Assembly: GCA_022605425.2 (NCBI GenBank)
Contig: JAKIMF020000001.1
Span: forward strand, 1,178,001-1,242,000
Source: Hamiltosporidium tvaerminnensis FI-OER-3-3
Taxonomy: Eukaryota > Fungi > Microsporidia
Direction: 5' to 3'
DNA length: 64,000 nt
The notes under the pieces were generated by a model, which saw only the letters and a program-made list of their open reading frames with translations, was not told where the DNA came from and ran no database searches. This document shows, one piece after another, positions 50,272-64,000 of this stretch (positions are counted from its first letter, which is position 1; each line of letters begins with the position of its first letter). A program made the translations under genes and the position numbers.

Positions 50272-53200
50272 ATGGGTATAAAGAAAATTTTGGGAGCGAA
50301 ATACAATAAAAATAATAAAATAAAGCAACAAACGACGCTGATTAAATGAATAAAGAAGAAAAAGTGAAGCAAAACTGTGCGCAACACCTTGTGACAAATT
50401 CCCACCTTCCTCCTCTTACACAAAAACCACACAGCTACCCCCAATTCTAACATGCATTAAGATGCAAAATTGTAGATTTGACACTCTACCTTCGCCTAAT
50501 ACACCACTTCCCTCTTCGGTTGAAGTCTCTACATGCAATCCGTCATATGACATGGCGAAACCCTGTACTATAGCTATTCCTGATGGTAAAGGCTAATGTC
50601 ATCGCGAACTCTATTCGATTCCGTAACAGCTGACTCATAGGAAAAGCCTCGAATTGTTTTTTCGCAGTACAGACAAACTTTGAAAGCCTGCAAAGAAATA
50701 GCTGGACAGAGCTTCACATGTACTATAATGAGAAATTCAGCTGCGCTGTGCTCTTCGACGTGTTAAAAAAATTAGAAAAAGTGAGATTGGAAGGTAAATT
50801 TATTCAGAAAAAGATAAAGAGCTAAGATGAATTGCCACTTACCTCTCCAGACTATGTTCTTCAATCAACATTAAACTGTATATTAACTTGACATTGAAGT
50901 TTTTGTGCAAACTAAGAAACTCCCAAAGAAGGAAATCGCGAGATTATTGGCCAAACTAGAAAAAATCCAAATGAATTGGTCGAATTTAAGGTTTCGGAGC
51001 TCATTAATAGGGTAGTCTGTAAATAGAACGAGGCTCATGTACCTGAGTCAATAACGGATGCCGCGCATATCGTACAAGCTGCGCAGGTATGTCATGATGA
51101 GGCAATACGTAAAGAAGGACCAGATCCGCTCAGAAGGAAAATATAGAAAGAAAATTTCTAAATTAGTACTATCCAAAGATCCTCTCGTGAAGACTCGCAT
51201 ACAAGAAAAGCTCTCTACTTCAGAGACGAAAAGCTTTAAGAAAAATATGCATCAGTTTAAAAAAACTCATTAGTACAACTGATCTTACCGAGGGGTTATT
51301 TTAAGAAGAATGGGTCTTAGAATGTATACAAAAAATGTTACGATTTATACGACTAAAATACAATTCCGACAAGAGCATAGTAGATCTTTTTTATTATAAG
51401 GCCGATTCTATCCCGGGTTTTCTGAGCGTGTTGAATCAAAGCATGTTTTAATCCGATACGAAATTTCAAAATAGGCCTTAAAACGTGGAACAAAAATGAT
51501 AAATTCTTACGATGATGATCATTTGATACTTTTCATGTCAGATAAGCAGCAGACTACGTTTTCTTCGTTTGAGACTTTGCAGATATCATCAATTTTCTTT
51601 CCAATTAGAAAGCCGCTGATATCGATGATATGTATAACTTTTACTCCATGAACTTTACGAGTCTTCATGAACATCATTACGATATGGGCGAACTCTTTTT
51701 TTTGAAAGAACGCCTCAAGCCGAATGCCATTATTGTGTACATACTTATCCTGACACCAAAAGTACACCAAAGACTAGTTCTAATTGCAGATCATTAATCT
51801 GTACGTCAAACCTGTAAAAACTGACAACAAAATGTGTTACTTAGTGGTACAGCTTGAGGTGAAAAAACGAGAGTTATTACAGTTAATCAGTCAGAGGCGA
51901 TTAAGAGGGGGTAGGGAGTGAAATAAACGGCCCTATTGAATGTTTCTTTTGCTAAAGGGTACGGAAACAACCTCAAGGCAACTCGGATTGATGCCAAAAA
52001 AGCTTATGATTTAATATATCATGCTTATTTGACTTAACATTGAAAACTTCAATTTACCGTATTGAATTCAGAAATTTTTCAAGGTGATTATAAAAAAAGA
52101 AAATTTATATATCAGCAGGGCCTTAAATCATGAGCAAGAAGATCATGAGATGTATCCAGCAGAGAGATAGTCTGTGAGCATTTTTTTTTGTGTTATGTAT
52201 AGATTCATTGATCTAAAAGCTTGAAAGAAATACACGAAAGTGACAACACAAACAGATACGGTATTTAACTCAAATAATAAACTCTTGTTTATTGATAATC
52301 ATAAGCTGTTTGCCTTAGATGTTCAAACATTCGAAGAGATGACAGAGAAGGTGAAGAAGTTTATGAGAAATATAGGATTGGAAATAAACGAAAATATATA
52401 AAACAGGAATGACCCGTATTGTTATAATACTGATAAACTTACTGAAGTTATAGATGTTTATAATACCTTGGTATAATAAAAGATAGAAGAGCAATCTCTA
52501 GAATGAAGTCGTTTGAGGAAGAAATGATTAAACTGATAGCACGAATAGAAAAACTTTATCGATCAAGATTAAATGCAAAAAAAAATTAAGCCATCAAGCA
52601 ACATAAAATTCTTAACTAAACTATTACATAGGAGTACTTCTACTTGAATCGTTTGACTTATCTAAGTTTGATAAAGTAGTACGTGCTAGTTTAGTAAAGA
52701 AAAAAAATGCATCTACGCCCAGGATATAAAGAACATCTATAGCTTCCACATTAAGAACTTTGAAGAGGTTTACATAATGTCTAGTTCAAAAGCTAGCATA
52801 ATCTTGAACTTCTTGAATTGCCTGGAAAACATAAAGATTCATCGACAAGAAGTGTAGCAATCCTAAAGCTGAGAGTAATAATAAAACCCACCCTTACCTA
52901 AGAAAAAGCTTTTAAAAAATAAAACACGAGTTAGAAGAGTAAGTCATAAAGAAGAAATGGGAAGAAGCTCAATCAGATAAGTTATATAAAGAAATCAAAA
53001 AACGAAAACTACATTCAAAGTTAGACGATGCTAAAAATAACGAGCTGGTATGTGTAAATGACAGCTAGATTGCTAAAAAAGGGAGTGTAAGACTTCATGA
53101 TGAAGCAGTGTTCTGCTATATCAAAGATAGAAATTCATTCTGGAGTGCAGAAGGTATGTGTTGACACTGCGATTAGTCTAGGAAAACTGTAGACCACTTA

Positions 53201-54025
53201 GCAACAAGATTTGCAAAGATGCTTGGTCATGAATTCTTCGAGACATAATGAACTGGTACTTTGCAGCATTTAATCTTGCTATAGCACTATACTTATAAGT
53301 CTTAAAATAATTAGAATCCACTAAGTTCAAGAAATTCTTGATAATGAGTATGCAGATCCAAAAGTAGAAATAGGAATAAAAACTGAAGTAAAAATTTTGA
53401 ACAATACGGGAGATATATATTTGAACAAAAGGCAGAATAGAATAACCTAATTAAACGAGGAATAATATCTTATTATTCCTTTCAAACGGTTTATCAAAGA
53501 ATAGGTAGCAAGTAGAACTATTAGCAAACTAGTTAGGTCTTGTTTATAGATTTAATGTTAAAGATAATTCCGTAAGCGATGACCTGAAAGTATTGCGACA
53601 AAATACCACGAGACACATTCCAAAAGACTATAAATACCAATGAATCGAAAGGTATATATACAATCCATCGTATCCAAGAAGTCATTTGAAACAATTTATA
53701 TTGAAAGACGAAGAGGACATGAGTATAGGACGAATGCCGAAGAGAGCTATGACGTGAGTATAATTAGGTCTTATTTTAAGAGCTGATATGAATAAACGAC
53801 ATACACCTCTTTTAAAGCAGGTATGCAACGAGGAAGATGGTGTTACAACAAAAGATGCAAAAAATATTTTAACTCTTATTTTCGATTACATAGCCGCCAC
53901 AGCGAAGAAACTAAGAATTAATTCAAATGAAGAGTCATATTTAGAGAAGGCTGTGCAAGGGTTAAAAGTCAGAAATAATTATCTAAAAGTAATAAATTTG
54001 ATACCCAAGAATTTTATTAAATAAA
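50272..54025 (+). mobile_element. Full-length but heavily decayed R4/Dong-like copy
   Basis: Starts ATGGGTATAAAGAAAA, homologous to ATGGGTAGAAAGAAAA of the intact copy. Colinear throughout and ends cccaagaattttattaaataaaa. No TSD recognised. Confidence 0.88.
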
Positions 54026-54789
54026 ATTTTAATCAATCATCACACTTGAAAAATAAATGATTTTTATTTACAACCAATTAAGGTTACATTTTAATAAAAA
54101 TTTCATTTAAGAATTTAATTTTAGATTTTTTTAGTTGTTAAAAGTTTAATAAAGGGTTTAATATACTTGTGTATTTTATATATTATTTTTTTATAAAATA
54201 ACCTAATAGAAAAAATTATGGCTTAGAAAATATATTTAGATTGGTTCTAAATATAAATTTTCAGCTTTAAAAATACTTACTTTAAAAGAAGGAACGATGG
54301 TTATGCTTTATACATCATTAATTTGGATTTATATAAAAAAACTAAGAAGTTAAACCTGGTTTAAAAGTTTCCTTTGATATAAAACATGTTCATTAATTGA
54401 TTCTATTTATATTTAATACTCCTATTTTACAATCATATTGACTTATAATTTATATAAAATCTATTTAATATAGTAAAAAAAATATTTAGTAAAAGATGTG
54501 AAATATTAAACGTTTTAAAATATAGTTGTGATTAATTGTTAGGATAGATTAATTTTATGCTAAAAGTAAAGATTGACTTAATTCGTTATTCCAATCCAGT
54601 TCCTATATAGATTATTATTGCCCCTATATTTGATTTAAATAACGAAAAATTTTATATCTATGTTTGAAAAATACTAAAAGATTTTATTCCGATTTTCTGG
54701 TTAAAAAAATGGTAAGTTTGATAATGTAAAAATTCCTGTTAGTATAATAAAATAGAAATTATAAAAGTATAGAAAACATAGTAAGTTTA

Positions 54790-55935
54790 TTAATTTGATT
54801 TTATATCATTCATTATTTCTAATGGAACTTCTTGCAAATCCGATCTTAATAAAGAGTCTATAAACTCTATTTGTGTGTTTATCGTAGTAATATCAAAATG
54901 TTTATAGTTAGGAAAAAGTGAAGGCGTGAAAATTTTAACAAGGTTCTCGAAAGTCATTCTATTGTATTTGCTATGTTTTTCTATAGTAATAAACATTTTC
55001 TTTAAAAATACTATCAATTTTCGTACATCTTCGTCAAAACAAAATCTTGAATAAAATACGAGATTATATAAAGATTTGTGAGATGGAAACCCTTTGATTG
55101 TCGCTATTAGTTCGCCACAAATGTATTCTGGAATTAATCCATTAAGTATTTCGCGAATATAGGCTTTAAATATGGAAGCATTATCATGGATTGAAAAGTC
55201 ATTTAAATTGTATCCTTTGTTGTCCTTTAAGACATTTGGAACGGTTCTATAGGCAGATGCCTTCCCAGAAATTCTAAATATGCCCTCAGTCTCTACACCA
55301 TTAGCCAATAAATGCTCTCCAATTTCATATATAAATGGATTTATCGGTATTTTTTGATCTATCTTAGAATTTTTACCAAATGAAAAAATATTTTTTAACA
55401 TTTCCAAAAAACAATCACATCTTTTTTTTGGCTTCTCTAACAACTTAAATCTACAATAACTTGAAATTTTTTTTCGCTGATTATATTCTAACTTATCATA
55501 AAAATATTGAATTGTTTCTTTATATTCAAGTGCTCTCAAGCTAGTTTTACAATATTTTTTTTGCATCTTTTTTTGATTTATCACTCTAATATTTTCCATC
55601 TTTACAATGGAAGTGCATTTATTGATAGAGTGTTTGGATCTAACCAAATATTTTAAATCAAATTCACAGAATAAAATCTTAAAATTTGCGAGAGCATCAA
55701 TTTTTGTACATATGACTGCTAATTTATCACTCACATCAGTCTTGGTTATCATCTGATTCTTTAAATGCCTATGCACTGGCAATAATTTTTTGTTCCTCAT
55801 TGAACCTTTTTCTAAAGAATTAAACAGTCTAATTAATTCATCCGATTTGAATGGCAATGACACTGTCTTGTTTAATGAATCGTCACCATATGCTGAATTA
55901 TTTACAGCATCCTGTATTTTTATTTTTCCTATCAT
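54790..55935 (-). CDS. Rho GTPase-activating protein (C-terminal RhoGAP domain)
   Basis: GVETEGIFRISG (arginine finger), ASIFKAYIREI..GLI, NRMTFENLVKIFTPSL. Confidence 0.9.
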   Translation of the reverse strand: MIGKIKIQDAVNNSAYGDDSLNKTVSLPFKSDELIRLFNSLEKGSMRNKKLLPVHRHLKNQMITKTDVSDKLAVICTKIDALANFKILFCEFDLKYLVRSKHSINKCTSIVKMENIRVINQKKMQKKYCKTSLRALEYKETIQYFYDKLEYNQRKKISSYCRFKLLEKPKKRCDCFLEMLKNIFSFGKNSKIDQKIPINPFIYEIGEHLLANGVETEGIFRISGKASAYRTVPNVLKDNKGYNLNDFSIHDNASIFKAYIREILNGLIPEYICGELIATIKGFPSHKSLYNLVFYSRFCFDEDVRKLIVFLKKMFITIEKHSKYNRMTFENLVKIFTPSLFPNYKHFDITTINTQIEFIDSLLRSDLQEVPLEIMNDIKSN

Positions 55936-58900
55936 ATTGTTTACATTTTTTTTTGTTTAAATATTTTTTTTCGGAAACAATCAGCAATGAAAACAAATTG
56001 ATTATAAATTTCATCTTGATTTGTTAAATAAGAAATTTTACTTTCCTAAATAATTTTAATATAAATTAAACTTTTATATAATTAAATATCAGGAATATCC
56101 AGCTTTTTTTAAGATTAAATATTTCCTATATTAGTGAATGCTTTAATTTTTTTTATTATACTTATCAATTCAGATGTGGCTTTTAATGTTCTTTTGATAT
56201 TTCTAATCTTCTTCTTGAAACATTGATAATCAAAAAAAGCCAAACTAAACATTAAATTTAGAATTTTTAAATTATATTTAAATGGAATTAAATTGAACCT
56301 AATTAATATGAAAATATGCTTGTTTAAGATTAGTATTTTATAGAGTTTTAAAATTTCAAAGATCTTAAACTTGGTTTTCTTTAAATTATTTAATATTTGA
56401 CTTCTATTTAATTTTATACGAGCACTTAATATTTTTATTCTATTTTAGTAGGAAGGATTTCTTTTAAGAGCTCTAAAGGAATAAACACTTTGATCTTATT
56501 TCATCAAACATCTAAAATCACATAAAAATTTTAAAATATAGAATTAAAATTCAACTAATATAATCGAATTATATGTTTTGATACAAATAAACAAAATGTA
56601 TGTTTACTTCTAAGCGTTGCTAATAATTATACCAAAAATGCAATTAAGTACTTTCTAGACATCTGTTTCATATATCTATACAATCAATTCTCTATTTATC
56701 ATTATGAAAATCTTTAATTTACTATCTATTGAGTATTTCCTTCATAAATATTTGTATGTTTAGCAAAATTTATATCTTGATTCAAATTATATTTAAATTA
56801 GCTTCAACTTACAATTTAATAGTCACTTTAAACGAATTAAAATAAAAAATGTTTAAAAAATAAATTAAAAGAACTTATTTGAAGCTTAGAATGCATTATG
56901 AAATATATTTTTTTATAAATGACTCCTTTTTAGTAAATTTAATAACCGGTAAATTTAATTTGATCAGGATATATTTAGAATCACTTAGTTTGATTTATCA
57001 GATTAAATATATAATAATTTTGTTATTGATTATAGATGATAATAAATCAATTATAAGTTTGAAATAAAATTTCTCTTTTCTAATACTTATGTCATCAAAC
57101 ATTTTTTGAGATTGAAAAAAACTATGTTTGAAAAAGAAAACAAACACCACATAGACAAAATACAGCTTAATATAAAGAGAAATAAAATTTTGTAGCATCT
57201 TGCACGTTGCATAAGATCACTTAGTAGGTAATTAAGGCAAAACTCAAAAACATCAAACTAATATTTTCTCATTTCGAAGATACTATAAAAATATCAGATA
57301 TTTTCAAAAAAATGTTTTTATAATTTTTTACAGTTCTAGCACAAGAGATTAAAAATAAAACATGATAAATATTATAATTAGTTTCTATGAGAATATTAAA
57401 CTAAGAATAAATATGTAAACAGATGAGTATTTCTAACTTAGAAAACATATTCTTATAGGAACTATCATACACAGGTTTTTATAAAATAAAAAGATAATAA
57501 GATAATAAAAATAAAACTTTTTAAACTTCCACTCTATAGTACAACAGCATCTAGTCAAAAAATTAATGAATATAATAACCGGAGATCATAATGATAATCA
57601 TTTATTAAAAAACTTTAACTGCATTACATTTACAAAAAAAATCTACATGAAGATTTCATCGCATATGTTCAATTAAAAGATATACATAAGCCAACATTTA
57701 AAATGCTAGAAAAGCCCATAAAACCTGTTCGAAGAATATGCGTTTTGCTATGACAGCCATAAAAGTCTATGCATTGAAAAATAATAGATAATTACATGTT
57801 GGATCAGCATTTTAGAGTTTATTATGAAACCATATCAACAAATACTTACTTACTTATTTCAGTTCTCTTTCTAGTTCTCGGTTTAAAGACCAAGGATTAG
57901 AAGTCACGTATTTTATCGATTTTCAATCTCTAAGTCTTTACTGCTGCCATATTCCTCTCTCACGAGAAGTCTGTATGTTTTATTTTATCAATTCAATATT
58001 CATATGTTCCTCTATTTTCTAGGTCAGAATGTTAGATTTAAATTTGATGAATATTTTCTGCCTTTTATGTCAGTTCATTGTTTCTTAAGCAGTCTTTTAT
58101 ATTTTTATTTGTTTATTTAAATCTGTTGTAATTCAGAATATAGGAATGGGTTCGTATATTGCCAATGTGATTTATACTACATCAAAACTTGAAGAATAAT
58201 TTCACACTACTGCTACACACTATTGCTAAAAAGAAAGTTTATATATGGTTATTCACGTCGCACTATATTTATGGATACTACGATTTGAAATCAGAACAAA
58301 GACTATAATAGGCTTATTTGGGCACCAAAAGCAAATACAAGATTTACTTTGTACATTTATAGTGATTCAATAATATTTTATAGCATTAGAAAGCTTGCAA
58401 ACTCTCATAATTATCTATTTATTTTCATGTTTTCGTCTCTATAAACCTATTTTTGCTTGTTATAAAGTTTCTATTTTTGCAGCTCTTATATTCTATCATT
58501 TGATTTTTATTTTATTTATATAATAAAATAACTGTGTTTTAGGTTCTCAGGAAGAAAATATTTGAGTTTTATCAAAACTTTGTGTCTTTAATATAGAACA
58601 AGGTCGTAAAATTCATTAAAAAAACAATAATTTAAAAAGCTGTTTTAGTTTGATTTTGTTATAATTTTATCATGCTGCTTCCTTACCACGATCATAATAT
58701 AAAATTCAAAACAGAAACAAAAACCAACTGACAATAAAATAGTACCTCTAGAATGCAATAATATAAAATTTATGCTCACAAATTGTGTCAATTTTAATTT
58801 TCATCCCGAAAGTAAATCAGCAGATGCCTCTTCATCTATAATTTATTTTTTGAGTTAATTTGCCATGGAAAAATCTAATTATTCGTAGCTTCAAAAATTA

Positions 58901-59272
58901 CTAAATTTTTAAAATGCAAAATCTGCTATTTAATCATTTGAAAACCGTTTAAGAAAACATAATCTCAATATACTTGCAATAAAATTTTACGGAAGCAAAA
59001 AATTTAAATTTTTTTTACTGCAATCAACGATCTTTCTTCAATAAAGTTCGTTATGACATAAGGTATATATATTTAAGTAGTTTAGTTCCTTCGTAAAAAA
59101 ATATTATTCAATCACCATCAAAGATTACTATTTTTTTTATAGATTTTTTAATATTATTATTTCCATATAAGTTAAATCTATTATTAAAGATTTTTTAATA
59201 GAATAAAAATTATGATCTAGATTTCTTCATATAGATTTATACCTTTAAATACAATTTGAGAGTTGTGCCCTT

Positions 59273-59805
59273 ATGTCGAATTCGAATGTAAATATAGAGA
59301 AATCTTCGACGGAAAAGTTAAGTTCCATTGTGAAGTATTATTATATTCAAGATGGAATTGAAAAGCATCTTGAATCACTTCATCAAAAACGTACTTTATA
59401 TATTATGAAGAACATAATTCGGATTCGCAATAATGAAATTTCGGGTCTGGACGCAGTTACGTCTGATTAATGTTAGTGTGTATTTTGTTACGAACTGCAA
59501 AATATAAGCTAGATATTCTAAACAATTTTTTGAGACCAAATTATGCTATAAATTACGCTATAAATTACGCTTATAAGCGTAAATTGAATAGTAATACAGA
59601 AATTTTGTTTGTTAATGCTGAAGATATTCCAAGTGCTTTTTTAAATAGAGAAATGGTTTTATTTGAAATGATAGTTGAATTTAGAAGAAAAGTAACTGAA
59701 GAATCGCAATATAAATTGATTAATATATTAAATGAAATAATAAAAAACTGGTATCAAACCATCCAATATGATTATAGAACGCTCAAGAAGCTTTGTCAAC
59801 CATAA
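59273..59805 (+). pseudogene. Hypothetical gene split by one frameshift (ORFs 59273-59470 and 59470-59805)
   Basis: CCC at 59268-59270 before the ATG. The two ORFs abut at TAATG. A 12-bp tandem repeat encodes NYAINYAINYA. Confidence 0.4.
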
Positions 59806-60099
59806 TTGTATTCACAAATTTGAATTTTATACTATTTAATTTGTAAATAATTTAATGTATCTCTTAAACACTAAAAATAATATAAAACCACGCTACATTT
59901 ATTAAATTAAAATCAAGTTTTTAATGATTTCTTTACTTATATATATTTTTCTAAAATTTTACCCCCTCCCCCCGTCGAACCCTTCATCTAAATACCAAGA
60001 ATTTTTCACGTTTATTATAGGTATTTTCAAAGTATTTAAGTCATTAATTTATGTGGTAATTTTTTTTTCTATTTTCAATTAACACCATTTCATCATTCT

Positions 60100-62520
60100 T
60101 AACTTGTTTTAGAAGGTAGCTTCAGTTGTTAAATTTTTTATCTTCTTGAACAACACATAATGGCGCCTTCGTTTAAGTATTTTTTTCATTTTTCGCTCAA
60201 TCAACTTTTCTTCGTCAGCAAAAAATGCTTCTTTCAACCTTCTTTTTAAGTACTACGGATTGAATGTATGTCTCTACACTCATATATATTTAGAGATTTT
60301 AGTGTGTATCTTTTGGTATTTGCCACGATACCGTTTCAGGCTGTTGTTTAACAATTATCCTTCTGCTGCATCAAAAAGGCTGGATTCTTTTGATATAGTT
60401 CATAGGTCGTGAGTGTCATTGTGACAAATTGAAGGGAATCTTGAGAAGTGTTTCCTGCCTCAACGAGGGATATGTTCCGGGTTTATTGTCTACAAAAAAT
60501 AAATAAGGACTTCTATTCCGAAATAAGCAACTATTTTATTATTTTTAGTCTTTAATCTCTGAATACTCATTAAGAAAAAATTTATTCAAATTGGCTCATA
60601 GTTTGTTTTAACGTCTTAGATTCAAATCGATTTAATAAAGTTGATATATTCGGATAGGAAGAGAATAACATCATAAAAAACCATCTGGTTAGTAAAGGGT
60701 GTGTAAAATTGATGGCAAAATTATTGTTGACATTTTGGTTGGATATAAACCAAATTGGATCTGTAGGCTTATCCTATATGTTCTCTGTTTATAATAGATT
60801 AAAAAAGGCATTTGGGAATGTTCCGATTGTTCATCCTAAAGAGTAAGAGAAAAAGACGGAATAGAATAAGTAACTAAGTAAGGATATCTATACTGCAAAA
60901 TTTATTATGCCGCCATGATAAGTTTTCGCTGGGAATCTCTATTATCGTGTTCATTAATCATCTACTGTTTAATCCGATTGTTGCTATTTTGGCAGACATA
61001 TTCTGGTGCTTAGAATACAATTTTATTAAATATAGCTTAATATTGCAACATCAAGGCCAAATTTTCAATTTTTACATGTACATAAAGAGTAATTCACAGC
61101 TAGAAGCCCATATAATATAAGCACATATAGCTTTCGTAAATTTTTGTTCTTATATCTTTATATAAGGTTTGCAAGTTTATGACTTTTCTAATTTTTTCTG
61201 GTTATTCGCATTATACTCGATAGAAGTTTTTTTTTTTCACAGCAAGGTAAGTTATATATTAATTTAATTCTTATTTTCACGCATTTCTGTTAGAAATTTC
61301 GCTACCTTCTTCAAGCTAAACAAAGAGTTATGAAAAGTATAATTGCCACATACACTATGAAAACCTCTAAAAAGTTTGCGCAAACGCGTATACGTTCTTC
61401 AAACCATAAGCACGAGTGTTTTTTGTTTTTTACATAAATACACGTCCTGCATCATCTAATTTTAAATTTCTGGCTCGAGTTAAAGATCTATAAATGATAA
61501 TTTGAAAAATAGATTGTATGTAAATAGATTGAGTGAAATTAATTTCAACGCATTGGATCTTTTAAGATCATGTTTTTCTTCTCCGGGTATAACCTTGATC
61601 TTTACTTGTTCGAAGGATCAACTGCATCAAGATATCTTCTGTTTTCTATAAATTCAAAATATTTGTAACATCGACTTATTGATGTTAGCAAGCATTATGG
61701 AAGTAAAACAGATAAACTCCCTCGACTTTTCTTGTTGAATTTTTATTCCCAGATTCTTTGTAAGCTTTTTCCCCTTCGCAGTCATTTTTTCTAGAGTTAT
61801 TGGTTTTTGGCTTAGCAGTTTAGATTTATACTACACAAGAGATGCTAATAACGCGCAATTTTTTTAATTCGGATTGTACTTTGTAGATTTTCTTTGTATT
61901 TGCGTTTACTTAAGTATCAAACAACACATCAATATTTTTGATAAATTATCTCTTTGTAAATTTTTTTTTCCTGATCTTCTAGTCCATAAACTCAGATGTA
62001 CTACTGATTTATTAATCTTATTTACCCTATATATCGTAAAAATTTAAAAAGCAATGTATTTAGTTAAACACAGGGATAATTTTAAGTGTATAAGGCCTTT
62101 TAGACAAAATTGTAAATTCTTTTAAAAGCAATCTAATGTCTCTTACAGGGTTATTCTATACTATTTAAATAGCTCAATATCATTAAAAGTCTATATTTGT
62201 CGCTTCTTAAAACCTTCTTCAGAATTTACCGAATTATCTGATACTAAAGATTCGCTTTCATTCTTAAAATGAGCAGTTTTTTCAATAAAAGCTGGATTGA
62301 TTTGCAAACGTTTGACATACAAGTTATTGCCTTATTTTCCGACTCTATTGGTGTTACGCCTTTTATTTTAAGCAAGTTTTCGGAAAGAAAAACACCTAAT
62401 CATTCAAACTTCTCATACCAACAAAGCCTTTTCATGTTCAAAAATGATATTTAAGAAGAAACTAGGTATTTTGATATAAAATTTTAGCTACAGGCAGCAT
62501 TTGGATATAAAATTCGCGCT
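60100..62520 (-). mobile_element. Long, very decayed R4/Dong-like copy (approximate bounds)
   Basis: ggtatttgccacgataccg (~60315) matches ~22215, gcatcatctaa (~61449) matches ~23160, and gacatacaagttattg (~62314) matches ~24045, in colinear order. Confidence 0.65.
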
Positions 62521-64000
62521 TAATTATTGTAGACCAAATTAATCTTTGTAACTCGGGTTTATAGAAGATCGAATTATAGATTCAGTTAGATTATTTTTTC
62601 ATTAAAATTTAAAAATTTATTTTTATCCTAATTTTTACATCTATTACCAAGCAGAAGGTTTAATGTTGTATTATCTTGCCATCTAAAGGAAAACCACAGT
62701 AGTAGAACTCAAATGTCTCAAAGTACGACAAATTGGCTATATGAGTATCTAACACAAATTAATTAAATACATATTATACAATCTCATTCAATTTTTTTCA
62801 AAAGCTTAAACTCGAAGTTTACAATTTGATCTTGATTACCAAAAGCTTAATATTATATCCTTAGATAAACAGAATAACCACAATCTTGTAACAGTATAAG
62901 ATCGAAAAATCTTTTCAAAATTACTTTCTACAATAAACATCAAAGGTTTTATCCTAAAAATTTCACATTTGATTTTTCTTAACTAAAGGGTAGGACTGAG
63001 CAATCGCCCTGCTAAAGTTTAGATATAATCCACACATGATTTTCCTCCACCTTTGATTTAGAACCGATGGCTTTTTTTCGGTTTAGGGAATTTCTCGATA
63101 AGAACATGTTCGCAGTGAGTACCTTAAAATTATAAGTTTTCTTTTTCTTTTTCTTTCAAGCGAATCCGAAGTTTTTTTGCATCTTGCCAATCATAACATA
63201 TCCAGGCAGTGAGTATGGCATCCTTGGCTCAAATAACTGAGCTAGATAACGACGATTCTATAAATTAAATATTTTTAGATTTATGAGATAGAAATTTACA
63301 GTTTGCCGGCTCGTTTAAGTTTTCAATTAGAAGGCATTTTTGCGCTTTTATTCGAAGCTTCCTTAGATTTCACTCGAATATTAGTTCTTAGAGTATGTTG
63401 CTAAATAATTAAAGGAAATGAAATTCAAAATAGTGTTTTAAAACACCCTATATCTCTTTCCTTTTATTTAATTTTCTTTTTAAATTCGATTACATTGAAA
63501 TTGTTTTGCCAATCGAAATTTTTAGACAATTTTTTTTCAAAGTATGGGCAAATAAAGCTATTTTTTGAATCTTAATATGATTCTTCTGTATATTGTCAGA
63601 ATTGCAAAAAATACGTTATTAGATTCTTGATTTTCAGTTTCTATTAATTTTAAGCAAAGATCAAACCAAATTTGATTAAACTGGAACCAACATAAAAATT
63701 TGCGTTTATTGTCTGGTCAATTTTTCGAGGGCACGAAACAAAACGATGAAATGTTCACAGCAAAAAGATAAATAATTAGGTCTATTCCTCGTGTATATTA
63801 TGCTGCTTTGTAAAAGTATAAGAACCATCTTTTAGATGCAAGTGCATAAGTTTACAGATTAATCAACTTGAAAATTACAATTTATAATTTCTTATAAATT
63901 TTTGAGGGTTTTTTTGTAATTTCTAATGTTTTCTGCATAGTTTTTATATTCTTTATTCTTGAAATGTTCATGAATACTTTAATAATGCATCTGATACCTT

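Noticed and set aside
59468-59472. TAATG stop-start translational coupling
   Set aside because: A single frameshift in one gene is simpler, and such indels are common in this window.

Overview
Very AT-rich, gene-sparse eukaryotic DNA that looks like a large-genome microsporidian. The clues are CCC motifs just before start codons, compact intronless genes and an expanded family of signal-peptide LRR-like genes; a Hamiltosporidium-type genome is my inference, not verified. Recognisable host genes: a CSA/Rad28-like WD40 protein (one frameshift), Yju2, a 70-aa coiled-coil protein, a Bub1/Mad3-family protein with a degenerate kinase, a secreted hypothetical protein, a frameshifted ABCG half-transporter and a RhoGAP. 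Much of the rest is retroelement-derived. There is one near-intact R4/Dong-type RLE non-LTR element (12-bp TSD, one nonsense codon), two long decayed copies and many fragments, plus RTE-clade relics. Two non-coding families stand out. One is a ~220-bp tRNA-headed SINE-like family (2 copies) whose tail resembles the R4 3' end. The other is a 737-bp, densely base-paired element with a predicted pseudoknot and a perfect 18-bp TSD, with two diverged relatives in the window. The 737-bp element and the young R4 copy both sit inside one LRR-like gene, which is itself a mosaic relative to its paralogue earlier in the window. Relic boundaries are approximate and were read by eye.
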